Below, piece by piece: positions 1 to 11,368 of a DNA stretch of 54,030 nt (the first letter of the stretch is position 1; the number at the start of each line of letters is the position of its first letter). The stretch is from Octopus bimaculoides (Eukaryota): NCBI RefSeq assembly GCF_001194135.2, contig NC_068988.1:38678178-38732207 (forward strand), read 5' to 3'. Made by a program: the position numbers and the translations under genes. The notes beneath the pieces are model-generated. The model had not been told where the DNA came from. It saw only the letters and a list, made by a program, of their open reading frames with translations, and did not search any database.

Positions 1-16
1 ATATATATATATGGAT

Positions 17-51
<35 letters not shown>

Positions 52-636
52 TGCATGTATGCATGTTTGCATGTGCGTGTATGTATGTGTATATGTATAC
101 ATTCAAATTTATATATATCTGTTTGTGTATGTGTGTGTAGTTACACAAACCGCGTGCACACACACACACACACACACATACACACACAGACACACACATG
201 CACATTTACAGAACCACATGTTCATAAAAGTTCCATTATACATCCGAAAATCCAGACAACTTATTTCTCTCTTCAGTTAGTAGCCAGAAGGGACAAAACC
301 ATAAAATGACTGAACTAGATCTCTTTATACTGCAGTACTTCCAGCAACTCAAGCAACTTATTGAAATCTTTTGACATTCTGTCATCTGTCCAGCCACTTT
401 TAAGTAGCCTTGGTCACTCTTGACTACCAGACATTTTCTAACAACTCTCTCTCTCTCTCTCTCTCATATGTATGTACATTTACTTGTATATACGTTCATA
501 TGTATGCAAATGTTTATATGTATATGCATCTCTACATATGTATATATACATTATATCTATATACACACACACACACAGACCTATATATATATATATACAT
601 ACATACATACATATATATATATATATATTCTTTTTT

Positions 637-1191
637 TCTTTTATTTGTTTGTTTCATTTGACTGTGGCCATGCTGGAGCACTGCCTTTTAGTTTGAACAA
701 ATCGATCCCAGTACTTTTTTTTCTAAGCCTAGTACTTATTCTATTGGTTTCTTTTGCCGAACCGCTAAGTTACAGGGATGTAAACACACCGGCATCGATT
801 GTCAAGTGATGTTGGTGGGGACAAACACAGACACACAAACACACGCGCACACACACACACACGCACACACNNNNNNNNNNNNNNNNNNNNNNNNNNNNNN
901 NNNNNNNNNNNNNNNNNNNNNNNNNNNNNNNNNNNNNNNNNNNNNNNNNNNNNNNNNNNNNNNNNNNNNNNNNNNNNNNNNNNNNNNNNNNNNNNNNNNN
1001 NNNNNNNNNNNNNNNNNNNNNNNNNNNNNNNNNNNNNNNNNNNNNNNNNNNCCATCTACCAAATCCACTAACAAGGTTTCGGTTGGCTTGAGTCTTTACT
1101 AGAAGACACTTGCCCAAGGTGCCACACAATGAGAGACTGAACCCGGAACCATGTGGTTGGTAAGCAAGCTACTTACCACACAGCAACTCCT
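637..1191 (-). mobile_element. tRNA-derived SINE, family S1 (head + internal CA/TA microsatellite + tail A), spans an N gap
   Basis: Head matches other copies (A-box TGGCTGTGTGG, B-box GGTTCAGTCC/GGTTCCGG-like) at 1052-1191; tail ending CAGTCAAATGA..AACAA at 637-850 matches 13940-14135, 46810-47010 and 53185-53385. Confidence 0.85.
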
Positions 1192-1193
1192 AC

Positions 1194-1235
<42 letters not shown>

Positions 1236-1439
1236 TTATATATGTATGTTTATATACATATGCATCTCTATATATGTATATGTATATTATATCAATACAC
1301 ACACACACATATATATACATTGATATAATATATATGTGTGTGTTGGTGTGTGTGTGTATATATATATTTACATATACATATATGAGTTTATGTATATGTG
1401 TATACACATATGTACATGTATGTTTATCTTATATGTGTG

Positions 1440-1900
1440 TGCGAGTTTCATGGTTTACCTCTGGTTACTGTTATAAATCATTTTATGTTATAGACTATAC
1501 TTGTGTGTTTGAATTTTGGTTTGTACTTTGCTTTCAATAAAACTTCTATAGCTAATCTAGTTCTTTTTTTTTTTTTTTGGTAGGATGTGTATAAGATGGT
1601 AGTTCTATCGCCTAATGTATTTTTTCTATCTAGTTTTATTTCGTATTCTCTATTTCTACTGTGTTTTCATAGCTTCTTGTTGTAAGTGCATTGTTTGTCG
1701 ATGGAAAATATCATACTTGTCTGTCCAATTTTGATAGTTTGAATCATAAAGTTTATAGTGGTTATGTTTACATTGCAATTTGTATATGTTACATTGGTTT
1801 CAGTTGTGTTTTCTGCAGATTGCAGGTTTGTGGTTTTGTGTTGAAGGAAAGGGTTTTTTTCTAAAAAAATTCTAATGCTTTTGTAAATACATTGTTCTGG
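1440..1900 (-). pseudogene. Decayed Penelope-like element, GIY-YIG endonuclease remnant
   Basis: Minus-strand IYKLQC (1770-1787) followed after a frameshift by KIGQTS (1715-1732), matching the PLE GIY..YIGQT pattern; A/C-rich strand, many stops. Confidence 0.55.
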
Positions 1901-1912
1901 AAATTAAATAGC

Positions 1913-2058
1913 TGCTGGTTTAGCTGTGTGGTGAGAAACTTACTCAGTCTTGGGTTCAGCTCCACTGCATGGTACCTTGGACAAGTGTTCTCTACTATAG
2001 CTGTGGGCCAAGCAGAGTCTTGTGAGTGGATTTGGAGGACAGAAACTGAAAGAAGCCT
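1913..2058 (+). mobile_element. SINE S1 head fragment (tail remnant at 2210-2275)
   Basis: GCTGTGTGGTGAGAAAC..GGTTCAGCTCC..GTGAGTGGATTTGG..GAAACTGAAAGAAGCC, similar to 46167-46325. Confidence 0.8.
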
Positions 2059-2400
2059 ATCCTGATGTTCTGCTAGTTATCAAACCTATGTAGCCTAGAT
2101 TTTATCTACTCCATTTCCTAATTTTGAATTTTTATTTGCATACATAGCAACCCCAGCTGCTAACTGTATGCTATAAAATAACTTTTTCCAGTTTATCAAA
2201 GTTCAATATGGGAAAGGTGGTGTTCCAGCATGGCTGCAGTCAAATGACTGAAACAAGTAAAAGAATAAAGGAATAACCTTCTATGTCAACAAACTACTAT
2301 TGTTCTGAAAGTTGTTTTTTATACTTTCTACAGACAGCTTGAAACTTACTAACTTCCTATACCTTGATCCTTGGACTTTACATGTAAATATATGTGTGTA

Positions 2401-2450
<50 letters not shown>

Positions 2451-2964
2451 TACACACATGCATTATCAAACACACATACTCAAAGTATGTGCTTTGCTTG
2501 TTTGCTGGTAGACTCGATTGAATATAGTGGAGATTACTCTTTCAAAGTGCTGGGTATTAAAACACCTGAAAGTCAAAGAAAGGTGAGACAACTGACACCA
2601 AATCCCATTCAGGATTGATGGACATTGATGTTTCACCATTTTCATGGCTTATCAACATCACGTACCTGAACCAAAATAGTGTTAAAACCATCAGCTGGTA
2701 TACTCTGACCATACATACATAAGAATAAATTTGAATGTGAATCAGAAGCGGCACTATTGTTGTAAACATTATCGAAAACACATACTCAATGACTTGACTG
2801 GTCATGATTACACACATGCACATGTGTGTATATGTATTAGTATTTGCGGGTGTTTGCAGCGGAACTGTTTAGCTAGTAATTATTTCCCTTGCAAACAAAA
2901 TGTCTAAAAGCTTGGTGACTGAAGTGAAATTATGAAATAAAAGTAGTACCACACATTAAACATA

Positions 2965-3180
2965 TACAAGGAGTGCTGAAAAGTTCCTGGTTTTGGGTAA
3001 AAGAAAATACAGGAGTATCAATTATTTATGATTTTATTCAACGTATTCTTCTTTCGGATTTACACAATTATTGCAGTGGTCCTTCAGTTTTCTAGGATGT
3101 GTAAAGAACTTGGAAGACTGGGCCTCCAACCAGGACTTTTGTGATACCCTTAAGGCTTGGAACTTTTCAGTACCCCCCTG
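2965..3180. mobile_element. Mariner-type MITE
   Basis: Imperfect TIRs TACAAGGAGTGCTGAAAAGTTCC / GGAACTTTTCAGTACCCCCCTG, non-coding interior. Confidence 0.7.
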
Positions 3181-3343
3181 AAAAGGTTCAGCATCAAGAG
3201 CAGCATCTTGTCATAGAATATTGCTTCCATAAGTCTCGTCCAACACTTCTGAGGATGAAAAAAGTAGACATAAAAACAAAGATGATGATGATGATGATAT
3301 TTGTGTGTGTGCATAAGTGAGTATATATGCATACATGCATAGA

Positions 3344-3492
3344 GGTGCAGGCATAGCTGTTCAATTAAGAAACTCACTTTGCAACCACGTGCTTTTTGGT
3401 TCAGCCCCAAATGACCTCTACTATAGCCCTAGATGAACCAATGCCCTGTGAGTGAATCTGGTGAATGGAAACCATGGAAGCCTGTCATGTGT
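3344..3492 (+). mobile_element. SINE S1 head, degenerate
   Basis: GTGCAGGCATAGCTG..GGTTCAGCCCC..CTACTATAGCC..GTGAGTGAATCTGG..GGAAAC. Confidence 0.7.
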
Positions 3493-4574
3493 AGAGTAGG
3501 CAGGCCTAGGCATAGCAGCTGGTGAGAAAATTCTGCTCTGGGCTCAACATTCCTATATAATGGTTCTTCTTCCATCTCTGATTCTGTCCCTAAAACCATC
3601 CCTATGTTTACCTTCGTACATATGTGTGTTTCTTTCAATGTATAGCTGTATACAAAGAGAAGTTAAAAGATACACTTGTTTATACAGCAAATGTTAGAAA
3701 ATTCAGAAAAAATATAATGCTTTTCTATCTATCTTTCTATTCATCCATCCACTCTGAATTACCATCCTGTTTAGTTTTTGAAATTTCGTTTATATCTTTG
3801 CTCGTTTTTATTTTTTTTTTACCATCTTTTAAATTCAAATTGAAGTTGATGGAAAGCACTCACATGATATCTGTAATAGAACAGCCAATTGCAAGGTAAA
3901 GACACGTTTCCACTGCATAGGGATTGAGAGGGTAGGTGGGTGGAAGGGGGAGGGGCTTCATAAGCAACAACTACTATAACAACAAAAGTGGTAGTAGGAA
4001 TAGTAATGTTGATAACAACAACAGCAACAACGATAATAAGAAGAAGAATAAGAACAATAATAATGACATAGAAATGGCTTCTGTAATAATAATAGAAACA
4101 CTCAACTGATAAAATATAACTATCGATATGCGATGGGAAGTGGTTGCATTGGCAATGATTAGGTGGTGGTGGTGGTGGTGGTGGTGGTGATGGCAGTGGC
4201 AGCAGTGGTTTTCTAACTAAGAAGGAAAATAAACTGCTCCTATTCATAAAAGACAGGGGCTTTTAAGAATTCCTTAAGTCCTGTCTCTCAAGAAATATGC
4301 ACTTTGGAGATGTTTACAAATAATAGATCTCTCTGGAACTTTTAAGCATGGAGACAAACAAAACACACACACACACACACACACATACACAATACACACA
4401 CATACAGATACATAACATGTACAACCATAGAAACATGTAATGTAAATGGAATGAGCAGAAAAGAAATTCAGATGTGCATATCAAAATATAATACATATAT
4501 TCCTAGTCCTTTCATATTGCTATATTTCTTGTGTTTCTGTGAGAGAAAATGCATAGGAAACAATACACTTCTAT

Positions 4575-4799
4575 TTAACCCATTACCATTCAGATTTCTC
4601 TGTCAAATGTAATGCTTATTTTATTCACATTGTTTTGAATTAATCATGTATTATCTCGTAGCTTTGAGAATTTGATTATGCGTTTGTTTACTTTTAGAAA
4701 AATATTGTAGGGTAGGCGTGAGAGGCTAGATCTGGCCAGTGTGAAGATAAAACAGATTATTTTGGCTGGATATGGATGGTTTGAATGCTAATGGGTTAA
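4575..4799. mobile_element. piggyBac-like MITE
   Basis: TTAA-CCC..ATTCA / TGAATGCTAATGGG-TTAA ends; second copy at 11849-12087. Confidence 0.75.
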
Positions 4800-4954
4800 T
4801 CCCCCACAAAATAAGGCCTTCACTTCAGATAGCTTCATTTATTTGCCCGTAGCTAACTGATACAAAACAGGATATGATTTATGTTAAGCAAAATGAAATG
4901 GAAGGTTCAGGGAAAGACTTGGACAGAAATCCTCAATGTATGTATCTTTTATCT

Positions 4955-5150
4955 ATTTACTTGTTTTAGTCACTGGACTGCAGTTATGCAGGGAGCACTG
5001 CCTTGAAGGATTTTAGTTAAATGAATTGCCCCACTTCGCAGCCCCTGTACTTGTATTTCGAAGTCTGGTACTTATTTTATCAGTCTCTTTTTAACCATCA
5101 CCAGCTGTCATGCAGTAGTGGGAGACAAACTCAGACACACAAAACACACA
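4955..5150 (-). mobile_element. SINE S1 tail A fragment
   Basis: TTACTTGTTT..ACTGCAG..ATGC..GCACTGCC..GTACTTATT..GACAAAC, reverse of the tail consensus. Confidence 0.7.
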
Positions 5151-5196
5151 TTCATAGATATATATATTCATACATACATGCATATATATATATATA

Positions 5197-5440
5197 GGAT
5201 CGTTTGTAGAAATACATAAATCCAGAGGAGAAGCACACTCTATGATGTAGAGCAGTTAATATTATAGTGGGGTAGGCCGGCTTATGGAGTTACCCTGGGT
5301 TTCTCGCTCATAAGGGGTTTAGCCTTATGGCATATCTTCAGACCCCAAACACTGGCTTGAGACCTCTTTCAGGCCAGCTAAACCTCTTGTGAGCAAGTAA
5401 CTCAGGGTAACCCCATAAACCGGTCTATCCCACTATAATA
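5197..5440 (-). mobile_element. Inverted-arm non-autonomous element with hammerhead motif (PLE-like)
   Basis: About 65-bp imperfect inverted arms (5260-5324 / about 5376-5440), (TA)n at both outer ends, HHR core on minus strand. Confidence 0.65.
5285..5347 (-). ncRNA. Type-I hammerhead ribozyme motif
   Basis: UGGGGU-CUGAAGA-[stem II with CAUAAGG/CCUUAUG]-GAAA-CCCAGGG-UA-ACUCCA: 6-bp stem I (one GU), near-palindromic stem III ACCCAGGGU, GUA triplet. Confidence 0.6.
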
Positions 5441-5532
5441 TATATATATATATATANNNNNNNNNNNNNNNNNNNNNNNNNNNNNNNNNNNNNNNNNNNN
5501 NNNNNNNNNNNNNNNNNNNNNNNNNNNNNNNN

Positions 5533-6890
5533 ATATATAAATTGAAAAACGGAATAAGAATGTAATGGATGACAATAAAGACATATGGACAGACAGACGA
5601 TGCAAAGACTGACAGGAAAAACAAGGACGGAACATTTGTGGCTTTCTTTCATCAGTCAGGCTTCCAATCATCATTACAGTTTTGGCCTGTTACATTTGAG
5701 ACTGTTATAATTGGTAGGCCCCAAAAATCTAAGCTTAAGGGCATTAAATTTTTGGAAGAAAGCAACCGAATATGTGTGACAACACAGACAAAAAAACGAG
5801 AAAATGGAGAAAATGTTACATGATTCCAAATACAAACAACAAAAACAAGTGTCTTTCGACTAAAAAGGACAAGTTAAATTGAGCTGGCATGTAAAGAGGG
5901 AGCCTTAAGGCACGAACATAGATGAAAGTCAGGAGACAAGAAAATAATGTGTTGTGTGGGTGGCAGTCAAGCCAAGAAAGAAAGATCACACTTAGCAGAA
6001 TATCAATCATGTGAGAGGAACAGAGAGAGGTAGGAGCCAGAGTGATTGAAGAATCCGGGAAGGTACTAGAGAGAGAAAGAGGAAGGGCCAGAGGGAAAGG
6101 TATAAGGGAGATAACAGAAGAAAGTAGAGAGATTAAAGAAAGAGAATTCCAAGAAATGTGAGTGAGGGGAACAAGGAAAGAATAAAGACAGTCATACAGA
6201 ATTTAGATGCATACTTACTTATAAGCTGAGCAAAAGATGTATGTACGCTGCTATATGAATATATAAATATAAAAAAAACGGAGTAAGAACATAATGGACG
6301 ACAATAAAAACATACAAACAGATAGATGATACAAAGACACACAGGAAAAACCAGGATGGATCATTCTTGCAGTCAAGCTTTCAATCACCATTACAGTTTC
6401 GACCTGTTACACTTGAGACTATTCAAAATTGGTAGGCCCCCAAAATCTAAACTAAGAGCATTAACTTTTTGGAAGAAAGCAAGCGAATATGTCCCTTCCT
6501 CTCTCTCTCTCTCTCTCTCTAGTTCCTTCCCTAATTCTTCAATCACTCTGGCTCCTACCTCTCTCTGTTCCTCCCACATGATTGGTGTTCTGCTAAGTGT
6601 GATCTTTCTTTCTTGGCTTGACCGCTGCCCACGCAATATTTTATTTTCCTGTCTCCTGACTTTCATCTATGTTTGTGCCTTAAGGCTCCCTCTTTACATG
6701 CCAACTCAATTTAACTTGTCCATATTAGTTGAAAGACACCTGTTGTTGTTCTTGTTTGTATTTGTAATCTTGTAACATTTTCTCCATTTTCTTGCTTTTT
6801 AGTCTGTGTTGTCAAACATATTTGCTTGCTTTCTTCCAAAAAATTAATACCCTTAGCTTAGATTGTTTGGGCCTACCAATTTTGAACAAT
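5533..6890 (-). mobile_element. Non-autonomous PLE-like repeat with direct plus inverted (pseudo-LTR-like) duplication
   Basis: 5533-5773 is directly repeated at 6260-6492; 6493-6890 is an inverted copy of about 5700-6087; the 3' end abuts (TA)n; HHR strands lie in the duplicated segment. Confidence 0.65.
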
Positions 6891-6892
6891 AT

Positions 6893-7185
6893 GTGAGGGT
6901 GCATGGTCTAGTACTTTGGGTGTTGCACTCAAGATCACTAGATCGTGATTTCAATTCCTAGACTGGATGGTGTGTTGTGTTCTTGGGCAAAACACTTCTC
7001 ATGCTGGTCTGTAATCACTTTGACACCTGACGTGTGGTACGCTGTACACCTGTTCAGTCGACATCAATTTGATAGAGAGAATGAGCGAATGTGTTGCATC
7101 AGCAGTTGATCACTATATACAAATCATTTGTGCAGGTCGTTTGGCAAAAGCTGAATGCTCATATGTTGTCTTCAATGGGAGAGTC
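6893..7185 (+). mobile_element. tRNA-derived SINE, family S2 (CORE-like central block), alternative tail
   Basis: GTGCATGG..TTCAATTCC..GTGTTGTGTTCTTGGGCAAAACACTT shared with 41612 and 41982 copies. Confidence 0.65.
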
Positions 7186-7206
7186 CACTGTATTTATATA
7201 TATGAC

Positions 7207-7348
7207 AGGTTCTTTTCAGTTTCTGCTTACCAGATCCACTGACAGGGCTAATAGAAGACACTTGTCCGAGGTTCCACTCAGTGGGACTGAACCTGAAACC
7301 ACATGGTCGCAAAGCAATCTTCTTAACCACACAGCCATACCTGCACCT
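7207..7348 (-). mobile_element. SINE S1 head
   Basis: Reverse of GTGCAGGTATGGCTGTGTGGTTAAGAAG..GGTTCAGTCCCACTG. Confidence 0.8.
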
Positions 7349-8639
7349 ATGAACAACCATGCTAAAAAAGGCATAAATGGTCGATTGCTATGCTTTCTTA
7401 TGAACCTCTTTGTAACGATTCAGCATTAACATTGCAAATATTATAATTTTCTCTCTTTATTTAAAATCTGGATTGTTTTCTGAAAGTTGTCTTAAACAAA
7501 GCCTGAGTTATTTCTCCAAGTATTTTAGCTAAAAATCACTCTTGTTAAAAAGCAGTGCATGTGTGGAGGAATCACTCCTTCACATGATGCAGTTCTGATA
7601 ACTCTTGAAAGTTTTCATGTGTGAGTGGGGTGGGGTGGAGGTTTGTTATCAGCGTACAAGACTTATTACTGATTGCAACTGTTTTATCATCACTTCTTCT
7701 TAGACTACATTTGATCATCATTTTTTTTCCCCCCAAACAACACTGAGACAAGTATGTTCAGCATCTTGTGCATCTTTGATGCTTTTATGGCTTGCATAAT
7801 GTTGTAATTTCTCCTAATTCTTTGACAGACTGATGTTTATCATTATTCATTGTAATCAGTGGACTTGGTGCTTCTTAGATAATATACCTTAAAAACGGAA
7901 ATAACTCTCTGGCATGTGGTTGAATGAAAATGAATTTAACTGTTACACACAGTTGAGTGTAATTGAGACTTGAAGGTTGATCAAAAACCATAATTCTCTG
8001 GGCTTGAAATTATTGTTTTCACAATAATATCTTACTGCTAGACATAATGAACCATAATATATCATAATATGTCTAATGTAATAATTATATGTCACAATAT
8101 GTCCAATGAACCATAATATGTCATACTTGAAATTATGATATCATGTCTCCACTCCATTACATTGTATGATAATACACCATGCCATAACGTATCATAATGA
8201 TACTACATTGTATCACCCTGAATGTACCACAACAGATACTACGCTTCCATAACACAACCTCCTGCACCACACAAGCCACTGATAAAGCCTCTGCTTGTTC
8301 ATTCAGTCTGCAATAACACCCTGCAGACTGCAATCTATAATAATAAATATGAAATTCTGTCTGTCTGTCCATCCAGGATCCCTGTATCTCAGCTTACATT
8401 TGCTCTACACAGACATATTTTGCCTTTTTGGAATCAGGTTGATCCTGGGATTGAAGATCTGCCCTTCATTTGATTCTTGAACATCCAGCATTGGGATCAG
8501 GTCTGCATGAAGATTTGTTATATGCTAACAATTGGAAATTCAAATCTTTAAAGAACTCCGAAAATATGTGAACTTACAAGTCTTGCATCTAAACTGAACT
8601 TTAAGTAATATCATATCAGTAGGGTACCAATAAATGCTT

Positions 8640-9030
8640 TATTGTTATTGTACTCTTTAGTTTTGGGCCTCAGACCCAATTAACCCTCTGCAGGAGCCAA
8701 CTGAAAAGTCCGCACAGAATGCGGCTTTTAAGCATGTTATAAACATTTCATGATTTCCATTTAGTCTTACAAATCACACATCATATTTTGTGACCTTCAT
8801 TTACACTGTACCACAATACACCAGACTGCAAAGTGTCCCTACAAGGATGTTTATAGTCTGCTAAAAATAGTTGACAAACTTTTCTCAAATTACACTCAAC
8901 TATCTTTAAAAACAAACTGTGTCTGGAAAGAAGAGAGGATGGTCATAATTAGAAAGTTTTTTTTTTTATCATAGGTTTGCTTAATTAGACCTGACCTGAG
9001 GTTTAAATGATAACAGTGATGATAACAATA
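8640..9030 (+). mobile_element. Interspersed repeat S4 (SINE-like tail ending GACCTG..AACAAC)
   Basis: TCTGCTAAAAATAG..CTCAAATTACAC..GGATGGTCA..GACCTGA; related pieces at 9880-10020(-), 17895-17975(-), 27115-27200(-), 40760-40995(-) and 42790-42985(+). Confidence 0.55.
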
Positions 9031-9544
9031 GCAACAATAGCCACAATAGATCCATTGTGCTAAATCTAGTCAACCTTGTCTGTGAATACCAGGTTATTTT
9101 CATAACTAAACCACACTAATATGACACCATGCTCACGAAAACCCATACTAGTAAGAGAGGTGAAAAAGAGGGAGAGAGAGAGGGGGGAGGGAGAAAGAGA
9201 GTTTCTGTTCCCTATTTCTCTTTCACCTTCTCTTCTACAAGGCCTCCAGTGTATGTTATCTATATAGTATTGCAAATCAATATACCTTATTCTCTGCACC
9301 ACCAGCACCACCACCACCACCAGCAACAACCACCATGACTGCCTTCAGACCCCTCCCATCTTCTCAACTACCGCTTTCTCCCACCTCCTACCACCACCAC
9401 CACCGTAACTACTACCAACAAGGTATTCAGATATTCACTGATGTGTGTCAGCCTCATCTCCTCTGTTAGGTATCAGGCTAACAATCTGTGACAGACAACC
9501 ATTAGCTTTCATAAAACATTACTTTCACTTTCATTCCCGTTGAG

Positions 9545-9614
9545 CTTGTTTATCTCTGTTTCTCTGTCTCCCTCAGTCTCTCTCGCTCTCTCTCTGTGTC
9601 TCTTTCTCCTTCTT

Positions 9615-9665
<51 letters not shown>

Positions 9666-9860
9666 GTGATCCATTCTGCTTCTCTACCTGTTTTTTCTGT
9701 CCCCGTGTCTCTATCTTTTTCTATATCCTTTCTGTTTCTTCCTCTCTTTTTTTTTTCTAGCCCCCACACCCCTTTTCTCTCTATTTCTTTCTCTGTCTTC
9801 TTTTCCTCTTTGTCTTTCTGTCTCACTTTCTCTCTTTATTCTTTTATATATCCCTATCTT
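9545..9860. repeat. CT-rich polypyrimidine low-complexity tract with (TCTG)n/(CT)n
   Basis: Direct inspection. Confidence 0.9.
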
Positions 9861-10294
9861 TCTTAAGGGAAGGATATTCTTTTGTTCTTTTATAAGTTTC
9901 AGCCCTGAGGCTGTGGCCATGCTGGGAGCAGTTGTTATTGTTATTAAGTATCCAGCCTGATTGAGCATGATCTAATGATCAGAGGCAATCCAGCTGTGAC
10001 CATCCTGTCTTATTAAGAGTATACAGAAAGCTGTGTATCTAGTGCATCTTATCCTTAAAAAACTGGTAGAATGTGATTCAAGGTATTTGATTGCTTTACA
10101 CAGTGGTTTTCTTGTAGGCTTGGATGGGGATAGTCCATTGAATAGATCCAGTATATTACTGGTACTTAATTTATCAATCCACTGGAGGGAAAATGAGGTT
10201 AATACTGATGAGTAGGCCTTGATTGAGCAGACCTAGTATTAAAAGTGCTCCAACCATGATGGTCATGTCTATAATATTACATGGGTAACAACTC

Positions 10295-10659
10295 GACTCC
10301 ATTGGTCACAAATGACCATGGGTGCACCTAAGAGGTTCCCCTCCAGGGTACAAGTCTGGGCCGAAAGTTGCCCCACTGGTGAACGCACAGCCTAGGGTTG
10401 CTTTTATGGAAGACCAGCTGTCGCCCATGCATACCAACTTCCCTTCTCCATGCCACCGATGTTATCCAAGGGAAAGACAAATCTGATACAGCTTTGCACC
10501 AGTGACGTTGCAACTCATTTCTACAGCTGAGTGAACTGGAGTAACATGAAATAAAGTGTCTTGCTCAAGAACACAACATGCAGCCCGGTTCAGGAATCGA
10601 ACTCACAACTTTACGATTGTAAGCTCGATGCTCTAACCAGTGAGCCATGCGTCTTCACA
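10295..10659 (-). mobile_element. SINE S2, near full length
   Basis: Reverse of GCATGGCTCACTGGTTAGAGC..GAGTTCGATTCC..CAAGACACTTTATTTCA..CCAGTTCACTCAGCTGTAGAAATGAG. Confidence 0.85.
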
Positions 10660-10865
10660 TTTTTTTCATTACATGAGTAACATCTTTTTTTTAACCATTA
10701 TGATATATATCCACTTTAAACTACCTCTGGTTCTCATAAAAAGTCTCTATTTTTAGTTAAATCCTGTTCCAGCTTTTTCATGGAGAAGTTAGTTATGCAA
10801 CTAAATCCCTCCAAGTCCGCGAATATTTAAAAAAAAAAGCTTAAGCATGTATGCAGTATATTTCA

Positions 10866-11103
10866 TTAGAAATATGGGTTTCAAATTTTGGCACAAGGAA
10901 TTTCAGAGGAAGGAGTAAATTGATTACATTGGTCCCATTGTTCAACTGGTTCTTATTTTTATCAACACTGAAAGGACAAAAGACAAAGTCAACCTCAGTG
11001 GTATTTGAAGTCAGAACATAAAGACGGATGAAATGCCACTAAGATGAAATAATGCCACAAAGCATTTTGGCCAGCATGCTAATGATTTTGCCAGCTTACC
11101 ACT
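10866..11103 (-). mobile_element. tRNA-derived SINE, family S3
   Basis: Central block GTTGACTTTGTCTTTTGTCCTTTC..GATAAAATAAGAACCAG; other copies at 20765-20895(-), 32885-33055(+), 38930-39265(+), 39512-39720(-) and an array at 47557-48545. Confidence 0.75.
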
Positions 11104-11189
11104 CTATACATCATTAGAAATATAGCCATGAGAATGGTAAGATAATAAGGTGTGATTTAATGGAAATCTGGCTATTATTTCTAGCCAGT

Positions 11190-11348
11190 TGAATAGAGAA
11201 GCCATGGCCAAACTGCTGCCTGCAAGACTTTCTAGATGGCATGCCAAAACAAACTATTACCTTGAATTATTTTTAGTGATGCGGTCTGCCTGGTAATGAG
11301 CCATTTTTTCATGCAGCCCACTTCATAAAAAACAGTTGCCCATGCCTG
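11190..11348. mobile_element. hAT (Charlie-like) MITE
   Basis: Ends CATGGCCAAACTGC.. / ..GTTGCCCATGCCTG. Confidence 0.55.
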
Positions 11349-11368
11349 ATATGAAGGATCCTCTACAA

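Noticed and set aside
220-430. Minus-strand fragments DFNKLLELL and SDVYNGTF, vaguely CACTA-like
   Set aside because: Too short and in different frames; no supporting ends.
2666-2704. 39-nt minus-strand micro-exon candidate SIPADGFNTILVQ with GTACGT donor
   Set aside because: Weak acceptor, no recognisable product, expected by chance.
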